Assembly (NCBI RefSeq): GCF_051307035.1
Contig: NZ_CP195536.1
Coordinates: 210,001 to 242,000, forward strand
DNA from: Psychrobacter sp. DM4
GTDB lineage: Bacteria; Pseudomonadota; Gammaproteobacteria; Pseudomonadales; Moraxellaceae
Length of the DNA stretch: 32,000 nt
Direction of reading: 5' to 3'
Below, one piece after another: positions 17,172 to 26,291 of this stretch. Every line of letters begins with the position of its first letter. The first letter of the stretch is position 1. A program made the translations under genes and the position numbers. A model generated the notes under the pieces. It did no database searches and was not told the DNA's origin. It was given only the letters and a program-made list of their open reading frames with translations.

Positions 17172-17200
17172 TTGCAGGCAGAATAATGCCTTGCTATATA
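17172..17200 (+). promoter_or_regulatory. Sigma70-like promoter upstream of accA
   Basis: TTGCAG (17172-17177), 17 nt spacer, TATATA (17195-17200). Confidence 0.4.
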
Positions 17201-17336
17201 AGATGTGCTACTATAGTTTGTATTGAGTTTACAACTGTACTTCCGTGATGTTCACCGTGATTAATAGCGCCCGAACCAAAGAGCGATGAGATCATATTAG
17301 CCATCATAGAATAAAAATGACAAAAAGGATAAGTCT

Positions 17337-18140
17337 ATGAGCACCGTCTGGGATAGCGTACAGCTGGCACGTCACGCCAAACGTCCATTGTTTATGGATT
17401 ACGTCAATCAATTATTTACAGAATTCGATGCGTTACATGGCGACCGCGCCTATGCCGATGACAAAGCTATCATCGGTGGTTTGGCGCGCTTTGATGGCAA
17501 GCCTGTTATGATAGTCGGTCAGCACCGTGGTCGCAGTACGCGCGAGCGTATCGCCCATAATTTTGGTATGGCCAATCCTGAAGGCTATCGAAAGGTTATC
17601 CGTTTAGTCAAAATGGCTGAGCGTTTTAATATTCCGGTTATGACCTTTGTCGATACGCAAGGCGCATACCCTGGTATTGGTGCTGAGGAGCGCGGACAAG
17701 CGCAAGCGATCGCTGAAAGCATTGCGGTATTCTCAAGTCTCAAAGTACCTATTATTGTGACTATTATTGGTGAAGGCGGTTCTGGCGGCGCCCTAGCTAT
17801 CGGAGTAGGTGACAGGGTCAATATGCTACAAAATAGCATTTACTCGGTTATCTCTCCTGAAGGCTGTGCCTCTATTTTGTGGAAAACCGCTGAAAAAGCA
17901 AAAGATGCTAGCGAGGCGCTAAAGCTCAATGCGATCAACTTATATCAGCTTGGACTCATTGACGAGGTGATTGACGAAGGTGAGGGCGCACATATCCATC
18001 CGCAGCCAGTTATGAAAGCCTTAAAAGAGCTCATCACCCAGCAATTAGATGAGATCGTTGATTTAGATGCAAGTGAGCGCTGTGAGCAACGCTACGAGAA
18101 GCTCAAAACCTTTAATTCTGAGGTGATGCTGCCTGCCTAA
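17337..18140 (+). CDS. accA: Acetyl-CoA carboxylase carboxyltransferase alpha subunit (short N-terminus form)
   Basis: QLARH..RP...DY......[26 protein letters not shown]...[26 protein letters not shown] and [14 protein letters not shown]. Confidence 0.93.
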   Translation: MSTVWDSVQLARHAKRPLFMDYVNQLFTEFDALHGDRAYADDKAIIGGLARFDGKPVMIVGQHRGRSTRERIAHNFGMANPEGYRKVIRLVKMAERFNIPVMTFVDTQGAYPGIGAEERGQAQAIAESIAVFSSLKVPIIVTIIGEGGSGGALAIGVGDRVNMLQNSIYSVISPEGCASILWKTAEKAKDASEALKLNAINLYQLGLIDEVIDEGEGAHIHPQPVMKALKELITQQLDEIVDLDASERCEQRYEKLKTFNSEVMLPA

Positions 18141-18177
18141 ATATAAGGCTTTACTCCTCTCGTACTTTGTTAAAATA

Positions 18178-18207
18178 AACGTGTCTCTATTGAGACGCGT
18201 TTTTTTA
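18178..18207 (+). terminator. Intrinsic terminator after accA
   Basis: ACGTGTCTC / GAGACGCGT stem with one G-U pair, loop TATT, followed by T7. Confidence 0.65.
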
Positions 18208-18287
18208 TACCTAAAAGGTTATGATAATCTTTCAATCAGATCCTTAATTAAATACGCCCTAATCATACTTTTGGATAAGACTATCTT

Positions 18288-19808
18288 ATGAGCAGCCCCG
18301 CTATTCGCAACTATCCTATTAAACCTATGTCATCCGATATACCGATGGATAAAGGACTAAGTCAGGCACTACTGACTAGTGTAGCTGAGCATTATGAGCA
18401 ATTACGTGGCCGCCGTATTTGGCTAGCCTGTAGCGGCGGGCGTGACTCTCTAACATTAGCTGGCGTGTGTGCTCAGCTCTATAGACAAGGCAAATTGCCA
18501 TTTTTACCGCAGCTATTACATGTCGATCATAACTTGCAAGCGGGCAGTGCGCAGTGGGCCATGCATGTCGAGGCGTGGGCGCGCGCGCAGCAGATGCCCT
18601 GTTATGTTCTACAAGCCCACGTAAAAGGTGCGGATGAGCAAGCCGCGCGTAAGGCTCGCTACAAAGCAATGCTAGCGCACATCAACCAAGGCGATGTACT
18701 CCTGCTCGGTCATCATGCTGACGATCAAGCGGAGACTGTACTGATGCGCTTGATACAAGGTGCTGGGGTCAACGGATTAGCAGGTATGATGCCCTTGCGT
18801 GTGCAACAAACAGGCGCGCGGCAACACGTATTGTGGCGACCTTGGTTAAGCGTGCGCCGTACTAACATCACTACTTACGCCGAGCGACTAAAGCTGCCTT
18901 ATATCGACGATCCAACCAACGACAACGGTGATAATATCCGTAGTGGTCTACGCCGTGATATCTTGCCTGTACTCACACGCTATAATACCAATGTGGTTGA
19001 GAACATCGCTCGCAGCGCGCAGCTATTAGGTGATGCTAAGGATATTGTCAACGCGCAAGCTGAGCAAGATCTGGCGCAAGCGTCTAGCTCGTTCCTTGAG
19101 CCTTTGCAAGTACCGCCTGTGCAGCGTGTCTTGAATATTGATCAGCTACAAATACTACCGCTTGCTCGACGGCGTCAGCTATTGCACTACTGGCTGACAC
19201 AAGATGAGCCGCTACCGCCTGCTAAGCAGCTTATAGACGATGTGTTTAATTTGGCATATCGCACCGATCAGAATCACCAGACACAATTGTATTGGCAAGC
19301 GCGTCAGCATTCTTACACGATTCGACGTTTTCGGCAGCAGCTTTATCGATTGAGTAGTCAGTGGCTTGAATGGCTCACTGATAAGATACCTGAACAAACC
19401 CAACCCTTATATTCTTTTAATCAAACGACATCGCAACCTTTACTCATCACCGTGCGCCACAGTCAGGATTATCATTGGCAATTAAAAGTGGCACTCGACA
19501 AGTTGCCTATAAAAATTAGCGATACGACTAGGCTAAACCTTGCGCCGCTTGGTCGTCAGCAAAAGATAAAGACTGCCCATAGTAGCCGAGCGCAGGCTGG
19601 CAAAAAGCTTTACCAAACTCTAGCTATACCAGTATGGCTACGCGATAGTTTGGTGGTGGTGAGTTTAAATTTTGTAGATAACAACAATAAGGCAAAAGTA
19701 GCCCAAATAGCATTGGCATCACCCTTTGAGGTTTGGAGGTTAGAGAGTGAGGATCCAGCATTACATACGCCAGTGCATACCGTGCAAAGCATTTTGCATG
19801 TTAATTGA
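18288..19808 (+). CDS. tilS: tRNA(Ile)-lysidine synthase
   Basis: PP-loop WLACSGGRDSLTL, HVDH.LQ..S..W, GHHADDQAET.LMRL.QG. accA-tilS proximity as in other gammaproteobacteria. Confidence 0.88.
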   Translation: MSSPAIRNYPIKPMSSDIPMDKGLSQALLTSVAEHYEQLRGRRIWLACSGGRDSLTLAGVCAQLYRQGKLPFLPQLLHVDHNLQAGSAQWAMHVEAWARAQQMPCYVLQAHVKGADEQAARKARYKAMLAHINQGDVLLLGHHADDQAETVLMRLIQGAGVNGLAGMMPLRVQQTGARQHVLWRPWLSVRRTNITTYAERLKLPYIDDPTNDNGDNIRSGLRRDILPVLTRYNTNVVENIARSAQLLGDAKDIVNAQAEQDLAQASSSFLEPLQVPPVQRVLNIDQLQILPLARRRQLLHYWLTQDEPLPPAKQLIDDVFNLAYRTDQNHQTQLYWQARQHSYTIRRFRQQLYRLSSQWLEWLTDKIPEQTQPLYSFNQTTSQPLLITVRHSQDYHWQLKVALDKLPIKISDTTRLNLAPLGRQQKIKTAHSSRAQAGKKLYQTLAIPVWLRDSLVVVSLNFVDNNNKAKVAQIALASPFEVWRLESEDPALHTPVHTVQSILHVN

Positions 19809-19958
19809 GAGTTTGAATTTATCAAACGTCAATAATAGCAGTATGATAAACTGAGTGTCATTTTGCACGCGGTACTAATGCGCTCACCATCAAGAATATA
19901 ATTTGATCGTAAGCGCAGCCATTAAAACGGTGCTAAGAGCAGTAACCAAGGATTTGTT

Positions 19959-20792
19959 ATGTCAGTATTAGATCATAGAAAAATAAGCTTTATCGGTGGC
20001 GGCAACATGGCGCAAGCCTTGATCAGCGGTCTGATCGGCTGCGGCGTTGAGCCTGAACTAATCACGGTCGCAGATCCTAGCAGCGAGATACGTGAGTCGC
20101 TTGCGGCTAAAGGGATCAACACGATAGATCCAACTCAAGATGCAAAATCTGCTGTGGTCAATGCTGATGTTGTTGTGCTCGCGGTCAAGCCGCAAGTGAT
20201 GAAAATGGTGGTCAGTGCCTTTACAGATGTGCTCGATAAGCAACTTATTATTTCGGTGGCAGCAGGTCTATCGACGGATATTTTATCCGCGATGCTTGGC
20301 GGCTATGCCAATATCGTACGCGCTATGCCAAACACTCCTGCTATGATTCAGATGGGTGCAACAGGGCTGTATGCAACTGATGCTACGAGCACTGAAGATA
20401 AGCAGTTAGCAGAGGGGGTAATGGCGGCCTCAGGTCTAGTGATGTGGGTAGAGGAGGAAGACCAGATGCATGCGGTGACTGCCGTATCAGGCTCGGCGCC
20501 TGCATATATCTTTTACTTCATTGAGTCTATGGTTGATGGCGCAATAGCATTAGGGTTAAATAGAGAGCAAGCCTCCGCGCTCGCTATGCAAACCATGCTG
20601 GGAGCGGCCAAAATGGCAATGGGCAGCGATGAGGCGCCAAGCGAGCTACGTCGCAAAGTCACTTCGCCAAATGGGACGACGCAGGCCGCGATTGAATCAA
20701 TGCAAGCCAATGAGATTGGACGTCAAATCGGTGAGGCTATGCAAGCGTGTTATCAGCGCAGTGAAGCGTTGAGCGATGAGATGAGTCAGTAA
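19959..20792 (+). CDS. proC: Pyrroline-5-carboxylate reductase
   Basis: ISFIGGGNMA.ALI.GL, AVKPQ, VRAMPNTPA and VTSP.GTT motifs. Confidence 0.93.
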   Translation: MSVLDHRKISFIGGGNMAQALISGLIGCGVEPELITVADPSSEIRESLAAKGINTIDPTQDAKSAVVNADVVVLAVKPQVMKMVVSAFTDVLDKQLIISVAAGLSTDILSAMLGGYANIVRAMPNTPAMIQMGATGLYATDATSTEDKQLAEGVMAASGLVMWVEEEDQMHAVTAVSGSAPAYIFYFIESMVDGAIALGLNREQASALAMQTMLGAAKMAMGSDEAPSELRRKVTSPNGTTQAAIESMQANEIGRQIGEAMQACYQRSEALSDEMSQ

Positions 20793-20891
20793 AGCAGCTT
20801 TTGATGCGATAGATATCAGTACCCTTTTATTCAAAAAAATTGTCACTTTAGTATTTGCTAATGCAAAATCATTGATATTGAGTAACGCTCC

Positions 20892-21461
20892 ATGAATAAC
20901 GCCTTATTACAAGTTTTTGATCTGGTTACCACCTTTGCTATGTTGCTCGTATTTATACGCTTTATGCTGCAATTTGCGGATATGGATGCCAGTGACCCTA
21001 TGATAGCGCCTGCTTATCGCGCCACTCATATCGTTGATGTCTTTGGCCGTATTTTTCCAACGGTCGCTCAGGGCCGCATCAGTATTGCTGCTATCGTCTT
21101 GATGCTGCTCATTCGTCTAATAGATATCTCTGGCAAAGCGGCCTTGACTCATCAAGGCATTGCACCTGTACCGTTATTCTTTACCGGCACCATCAGTTTG
21201 GTATTAGACTTTTTGCGTATGTGCCGCTATCTAGTGATAGGCTCTATTATCGTCAGCTGGATTGTCGTGTTTACTGGCTCTGTGCATCCTATCGTTAGCA
21301 TTATTATGCGCCTAGCTGAACCTATCTTAGCACCGTTTCGCCGTATTACCCCAAATCTAGGCATGCTAGATTTATCACCGATTGTCGCCTTTTTGGCCTT
21401 TTATCTGCTTGAGATTTTCATTGGTGGTTTTGCTGCCAGCTTTATGCCGATGTTAGGGTAA
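20892..21461 (+). CDS. yggT: YggT-family integral membrane protein
   Basis: 189-aa polytopic protein with two YGGT-like repeats. Conserved position immediately after proC. Confidence 0.8.
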   Translation: MNNALLQVFDLVTTFAMLLVFIRFMLQFADMDASDPMIAPAYRATHIVDVFGRIFPTVAQGRISIAAIVLMLLIRLIDISGKAALTHQGIAPVPLFFTGTISLVLDFLRMCRYLVIGSIIVSWIVVFTGSVHPIVSIIMRLAEPILAPFRRITPNLGMLDLSPIVAFLAFYLLEIFIGGFAASFMPMLG

Positions 21462-21502
21462 GCTTAAGTTGCGGTTTACTCTAGCATCGACACGCTTTCA
21501 TT

Positions 21503-21532
21503 AAACGCTCTATCAATGTAGAGCGTTTTTTT
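21503..21532 (+). terminator. Intrinsic terminator after yggT
   Basis: AAACGCTCTA / TAGAGCGTTT stem, followed by a T-run. Confidence 0.7.
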
Positions 21533-21605
21533 ATGATTAAAATTATTTCAGTCTTTGATTATCCTATAAATTATAGTCGAAGCAGGATTAAACTTGTCAC
21601 AAGGC

Positions 21606-21633
21606 TTGCAATTCGTTTTGGCTTTGTTATAAT
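21606..21633 (+). promoter_or_regulatory. Possible sigma70 promoter for tRNA-Ser (would give a leader of about 105 nt)
   Basis: TTGCAA (21606-21611), 16 nt spacer, TATAAT (21628-21633). Confidence 0.3.
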
Positions 21634-21745
21634 ACTCGCCCACAGCATAAGACGTATCATTAGCATCGATACTGTTGTTTATCATAACTGCTCATGTATT
21701 TATTATAAATAACTCATATTTATTACAAATAGTCTTGTATTGTTC

Positions 21746-21835
21746 GGTGAAGTGGGTGAGTGGCTGAAACCAGTTCCCTGCTAAGGAACCATACGTTAAC
21801 GCGTATCGAGGGTTCGAATCCCTCCTTCACCGCCA
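21746..21835 (+). tRNA. tRNA-Ser (anticodon GCT)
   Basis: Acceptor GGTGAAG/CTTCACC. Anticodon arm GTTCC-CTGCTAA-GGAAC. Long variable arm ATACG..CGTAT. T-arm GAGGG-TTCGAAT-CCCTC. Encoded CCA. Confidence 0.95.
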
Positions 21836-21901
21836 TCTTATTCGGCGATATTTAGAGTTCGATGTCTTTAACAGTATTTTCTATTTTAGCTGACAAAAAC
21901 A

Positions 21902-21929
21902 TTGACATTAAGTGTGTACTCTATATAAT
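21902..21929 (+). promoter_or_regulatory. Sigma70 promoter for tRNA-Arg
   Basis: TTGACA (21902-21907), 16 nt spacer, TATAAT (21924-21929). The tRNA starts 51 nt after the -10. Confidence 0.6.
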
Positions 21930-21979
21930 AGCCAACCTAATTTACTACAAACTTATTTGTAGTAAATGATGTGCAATAC

Positions 21980-22056
21980 GCGCCCGTAGCTCAGTTGGAT
22001 AGAGCACTTGGCTACGAACTAAGGGGTCGGGAGTTCGAATCTCTCCGGGCGCACCA
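21980..22056 (+). tRNA. tRNA-Arg (anticodon ACG)
   Basis: Acceptor GCGCCCG/CGGGCGC. Anticodon arm CTTGG-CTACGAA-CTAAG. T-arm GGGAG-TTCGAAT-CTCTC. Encoded CCA. Confidence 0.95.
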
Positions 22057-22096
22057 TTTGCATACTAGATCAACGATCAACGTTAAGTCCTAAATC

Positions 22097-22131
22097 AATC
22101 GCCTGTCTGATGACACTTTGGCGGTTTTTTT
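22097..22131 (+). terminator. Probable terminator after tRNA-Arg
   Basis: Imperfect stem AATCGCC...GGCGGTT with an inner TGTC/GACA pairing, followed by T7. Confidence 0.4.
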
Positions 22132-22237
22132 ATGTCTGTTCGTTTTTTATCAGTTTATGATAACAGGCGCAATTACGGTACAATAATGCTATAGATCTCC
22201 ATCTACTGTTACTACCTATCTGTTATGAGCGCTTATC

Positions 22238-22888
22238 ATGCCAAAAAACCTAAAAAAAGCTCCTACTCTTCAGTCAAAACCAAAGACGCCACTGCAGCGA
22301 ATGCCTGAGAGCGATGAGCCGACGATTGCTAAACCAACGACCAGAATCGCTGCTATCGTCTATGATGGTATGTTGATACTAGCCTTGTTGTTTTTGGTAG
22401 GGACAGCACTTACCGTGATAGGTACGCTTGCTACCATGCAGACGGGTACGGAGTCCAATCAAGCACAGACCTTGCCCACTTGGTATCAAAATGTAGTGAT
22501 GACCCCGTCCTTTATCTTAACCTTAGTCGCTTTTTATGGTTTATTTTGGCGACGCGGTGGTCAGACTTTAGGTATGCAAACTTGGCGGTTAAAGACGGTC
22601 AATGATACTGGTCATCTGTTGAGCTGGGGACAGGCGTTCAAGCGTATTTTAGCGGCGAGTATTATGCCGCTCATCTTTGGCCTAATTGGCAGCCTCATAG
22701 GTGGCACAAGAGCGATTATGCTGACCAGTGCCTTTTTGGGTTTGATGTTCAATTATGCCTTTTGTCTGTTCAATCGTCGCGGCCTGGCAGTACAAGACAT
22801 GATTTCAAACACGATTACCCTGAAGATGCCAAGAACTGAGAACGAGAGCTTGTGGCGAGTACTACGTAACCGTAAAGGCAGTAAGTAA
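22238..22888 (+). CDS. RDD-family membrane protein
   Basis: RIAAIVYDGMLILAL, GQTLGMQTWRLK, and a C-terminal D within three TM segments, which is the typical RDD layout. Confidence 0.75.
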   Translation: MPKNLKKAPTLQSKPKTPLQRMPESDEPTIAKPTTRIAAIVYDGMLILALLFLVGTALTVIGTLATMQTGTESNQAQTLPTWYQNVVMTPSFILTLVAFYGLFWRRGGQTLGMQTWRLKTVNDTGHLLSWGQAFKRILAASIMPLIFGLIGSLIGGTRAIMLTSAFLGLMFNYAFCLFNRRGLAVQDMISNTITLKMPRTENESLWRVLRNRKGSK

Positions 22889-22896
22889 CGTCCAGT

Positions 22897-23865
22897 TTAT
22901 ATCGTAACACTCTGAATCAGCCATAGGGTATAACCTACAAAGGCGAGCATTAGGGTTGTACCAGAGGCCCATCCAAATTTGCGTTTGGTGCTAAAGGCGA
23001 ATACACAGAGCGCAAAGAGTAGTACGGTAATCGCGCCCATAACCAGCACGTCACGCGATAAAATAACGGGACTAATCGTCATAGGTGCGATGAGTGCGGC
23101 AAGGCCAACGACGGCTAATGTATTAAAGATATTAGAGCCAATAATATTGCCCAAAGCCATATCATGCTCACCTTTACGCGCCGCTGATACACTAGCGACC
23201 AGCTCAGGTAACGACGTACCAACCGCTACGACGGTCAGACCAATGATCAGCTCACTTAATCCCCATAACGTGGCAAGCTCCACAGCGCCCCAGACGATAG
23301 CGCGCGAGCTCAATATCAGTACTAGCAAGCCGATGAACAGAGCACCTATGCCGCGAATAGCGCTCATCTGCTCTGCGCTATCTAGTACAGGGTCATCTTC
23401 GTGCTCGTGATTGCCCTCTCGCAAGCTCAAGACAATCTGAATACCTAATACCGCTACTAATAAAACGATGAGAACAATACCGTCAGTATTACTTAAGACG
23501 CCATCACTCAGTTGCCATGCTGCTACAGCGGTCACTAAGAGTAGTAGCGGCATGTCACGACTGATAATACTTTTGCGAATGATGATGGGGCTGATGAGTA
23601 CGGTTGCGCCAAGTACCAAAGCGATATTGATGATGTTGGAGCCATAAGCGTTACCTAAGGCTAGCTCAGGACTACCATCTAATGCTGCTAATACTGAGAC
23701 GACCATCTCAGGTGCCGAAGTCCCTAATCCTAAGATCACAACGCCGATCAAAAAACTAGGTACCTTTAGCTTATTGGCTAAGACGACCGCACCATCGATG
23801 AATACATCCGCACTCCAAACCAAAATTGCTAGTCCGACGACTACTGCGATTATTGCCAGCCACAT
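22897..23865 (-). CDS. yrbG: Ca2+/Na+ antiporter, CaCA (YrbG) family
   Basis: Two alpha-repeats, GTSAPE and GTSLPE, each followed by GN.IGSNI.N. About 10 TM segments. Confidence 0.85.
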   Translation of the reverse strand: MWLAIIAVVVGLAILVWSADVFIDGAVVLANKLKVPSFLIGVVILGLGTSAPEMVVSVLAALDGSPELALGNAYGSNIINIALVLGATVLISPIIIRKSIISRDMPLLLLVTAVAAWQLSDGVLSNTDGIVLIVLLVAVLGIQIVLSLREGNHEHEDDPVLDSAEQMSAIRGIGALFIGLLVLILSSRAIVWGAVELATLWGLSELIIGLTVVAVGTSLPELVASVSAARKGEHDMALGNIIGSNIFNTLAVVGLAALIAPMTISPVILSRDVLVMGAITVLLFALCVFAFSTKRKFGWASGTTLMLAFVGYTLWLIQSVTI

Positions 23866-23889
23866 AGATCACACCTCAATGAACAAACA

Positions 23890-23919
23890 TAAAAAAGCTG
23901 AACCCGTTTGGATTCAGCT
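23890..23919 (-). terminator. Intrinsic terminator after panD
   Basis: On the minus strand: AGCTGAATCC..GGGTTCAGCT followed by T6. Confidence 0.65.
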
Positions 23920-24023
23920 CGAATACTAGCATGCGTGACACTATGACTAGGAGAATAATTTGATTGCAGTATCTGACTAACGGGTTCTTAAATAGCCGTC
24001 ATAAACTCCGATAACGAGTCAAG

Positions 24024-24404
24024 CTAAGCGACTTGTACAGGAATAATGTTCGCAGTGTCTTTTACCGTGTTATCTTCATTACAGTAGACCAGCTTTGGCT
24101 GATAAGTTGAGGCTTCAACTTCATCAAAATGCGCGTAGGCACAGATGATAACGATATCACCTAAGTCTGCCATGTGCGCCGCTGCACCATTTAAGGAGAT
24201 AATACCAGAGCCCGCTTCTGCGCGGATAGCATAAGTGCGAAAACGTTTGCCATTGGTGACATTATAGATATCAATCGACTCGTTCTCACGAAGACCTGCA
24301 AGATCTAACAAATCGCCGTCGATACCGCATGAGCCTTCGTAGTGAAGTTCTGCATGGGTAACACGCGCGCGGTGTAATTTGCACTTGAGCATATTAAGTA
24401 GCAT
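24024..24404 (-). CDS. panD: Aspartate 1-decarboxylase
   Basis: [37 protein letters not shown] and NGAAAH. Start at MLLNMLK (24404), 8 nt after TAAGGA. The track's 24443 adds a non-homologous leader. Confidence 0.93.
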   Translation of the reverse strand: MLLNMLKCKLHRARVTHAELHYEGSCGIDGDLLDLAGLRENESIDIYNVTNGKRFRTYAIRAEAGSGIISLNGAAAHMADLGDIVIICAYAHFDEVEASTYQPKLVYCNEDNTVKDTANIIPVQVA

Positions 24405-24508
24405 AGGTTGCATCCTTAGTGTAACGGGTATTAAATGAATCAAATCATAAACTTAATGAGGGCAATACTAACAGAATAAAAGGGTTATGCAAGGAAATAT
24501 AATGCAAA

Positions 24509-25090
24509 TTATTCAGGTAATCTAAAACTATTAATCTCTGAGCGTGCTTTTTCAGTATCGCCCGCTAATAATAAAGGCAATGCCTCAAAACTAGCACTGA
24601 GCGCACTATCGATAGCGATTTGCTCATCAGGTGCCGCTTTTGAGAGCACATGACCACTGACCTTTGACTTATGACCAGGATGACCAATACCGATACGCAA
24701 CCGATGAAAATCATTGCCAATATGTGGGGTGATATCACGCAGACCGTTATGTCCGCCATGTCCACCATCAGTTTTGAGCTTGATGCTACCTGCTGGAATA
24801 TCCAATTCATCATGAGCGATCAGCAGCTCATCGTTATCTATATTATAGAAGTTCACCATAGGCACCACTGACTGTCCTGACTTATTCATAAAGGTCAGCG
24901 GCAAGAGCAAGCGCACATCAGACCCATGAATTTGTCCACGGCCAGTAATACCATGGAACTTCTTATCATGGCTTAAGCTGATATTAAATTGCTGCGCCAA
25001 ATGATGTACAAACCAGAACCCAGCATTGTGACGGGTGAACATATACTGCTCACCCGGATTACCTAAACCGACGATAAGTTTGATAGCCAT
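24509..25090 (-). CDS. pth: Peptidyl-tRNA hydrolase
   Basis: LIVGLGNPG..Y..TRHN.GF, HDELD...G....K.GGG..GHNGL. Confidence 0.95.
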   Translation of the reverse strand: MAIKLIVGLGNPGEQYMFTRHNAGFWFVHHLAQQFNISLSHDKKFHGITGRGQIHGSDVRLLLPLTFMNKSGQSVVPMVNFYNIDNDELLIAHDELDIPAGSIKLKTDGGHGGHNGLRDITPHIGNDFHRLRIGIGHPGHKSKVSGHVLSKAAPDEQIAIDSALSASFEALPLLLAGDTEKARSEINSFRLPE

Positions 25091-25166
25091 AACCTACTCA
25101 GACTCGCAATTCAACTATAAATACATTTTGAAAAAAATACTGGTTACTTTTTCAAAATGTACTGAC

Positions 25167-25198
25167 AAAAACAGCAGGAGACGGTTATCCCCTGCTGT
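25167..25198 (-). terminator. Intrinsic terminator after rplY
   Basis: On the minus strand: ACAGCAGG..CCTGCTGT followed by TTTTG. Confidence 0.6.
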
Positions 25199-25259
25199 CT
25201 GTACGGTATAAGTACGATGACTACAAGACCATAAAAGCGCTGTAGCCATACATAACTTG

Positions 25260-25970
25260 TTACTCGCTATCTGACTCTGATTCTGAATCGTCGTCAGAGG
25301 CTTCTTCGCCTTCGCCGCCTTGCTCAATAGCAGGAACGTCAGCTGCATCAACCTCATCTTCCTCTTCGTCAACTTCTTCAACCGTTGGAGGCTGCATGTT
25401 GACGATAGTACGGTCATGACCATCTTCTAATTCAAGCTCAGCGATAACCACGCCTTCTGGCAAGTTGATATCTGATAGACGGAACAGATCACCAATAGCC
25501 ATACCTGACACATCAATATCTAGATATTCAGGTAGCTGTGATGGTAGTGCGATGATTTCGACATCAGATACTAGCGTAGACAAGATACCACCATTAGCAG
25601 TACCTGGCGCGTCTTCACGACCACTGAAATGAACAGGGATGTTCATGTTGATTTTTTGACCTTTAACAATGCGCTGAAAGTCAGCATGCATTGGGAAGCC
25701 TTTGGCAGGATGGCGCTGCAAGTCTTTGATAACGACTTGATGCTCATCACCCAAATCAGTAGTAATGGTCAAGATTTGTGAGAAGAACGCTTCGTATTCG
25801 AGCGACTTTACCATCTCATTTAATCTAATTGAGATAGCGGTTGGTTCTGCACCGCCACCATAAATGATAGCAGGTACTAGGTTCTGCTTACGTAGGCGGC
25901 GGCTCGCACCTTTACCTTGTTGTTCAGCAGAGCGGTCGACCGCGTTAATTGCAAAATGATCAATAGCCAT
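25260..25970 (-). CDS. rplY: 50S ribosomal protein L25 / general stress protein Ctc, with an acidic C-terminal tail
   Basis: R...GKGASRRLR....VPAI.YGG, then the Ctc-type second domain. The tail reads EEVDEEEDEVDAADVPAIEQGGEGEEASDDDSESESDSE. Confidence 0.92.
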   Translation of the reverse strand: MAIDHFAINAVDRSAEQQGKGASRRLRKQNLVPAIIYGGGAEPTAISIRLNEMVKSLEYEAFFSQILTITTDLGDEHQVVIKDLQRHPAKGFPMHADFQRIVKGQKINMNIPVHFSGREDAPGTANGGILSTLVSDVEIIALPSQLPEYLDIDVSGMAIGDLFRLSDINLPEGVVIAELELEDGHDRTIVNMQPPTVEEVDEEEDEVDAADVPAIEQGGEGEEASDDDSESESDSE

Positions 25971-26190
25971 GGGATTAATCCTATAGAGTGTATGTAAAGT
26001 ATCTACCAGTAGTCTAAGACTTGCGACCAGTCTACCTCTGGATAATCGATACTCATAAAGTAGAACTTAAAAGTATAAATCAAATTGCTGGCTCTAAAAA
26101 TAACTGCTAGCGAATGAAGAATACAGGCGCGCATTATACGTGGTTTTGTCGCAATAATAAAGGCTTATGCTTTTTACCGCTTGCACATAC

Positions 26191-26248
26191 AAAAACAGCG
26201 TTAAGACCAATAATAATCTTAACGCTAATAGTCTTAACGCTGTTTTTT
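26191..26248. terminator. Long-stem terminator between prs and rplY
   Basis: AAAAACAGCGTTAAGAC (26191-26207) pairs with GTCTTAACGCTGTTTTTT (26231-26248). The loop holds a second TCTTAACGCT copy. Confidence 0.7.
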
Positions 26249-26291
26249 AATCAACGGTATCTCATTTGATATGAGTTACTGTATAAAAACA

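Noticed and set aside
17337-18140. accA looks N-terminally truncated (267 aa versus about 319 aa in E. coli), which raised the possibility of a pseudogene.
   Set aside because: Homology starts cleanly at the conserved ARH..RP region, and all catalytic motifs are intact. An in-frame TAG lies 30 nt upstream, with no remnant of the missing segment. As I recall, short AccA forms of about 270 aa are normal in Moraxellaceae.
22979-23410. 143-aa ORF on the + strand.
   Set aside because: It lies entirely antisense within the yrbG antiporter gene. Its low-complexity Ser/Thr/Ala-rich translation is typical of a shadow ORF.
25115-25423. 102-aa ORF on the - strand.
   Set aside because: It overlaps the 3' end of rplY in another frame and runs through the rplY terminator and the IR upstream of pth.
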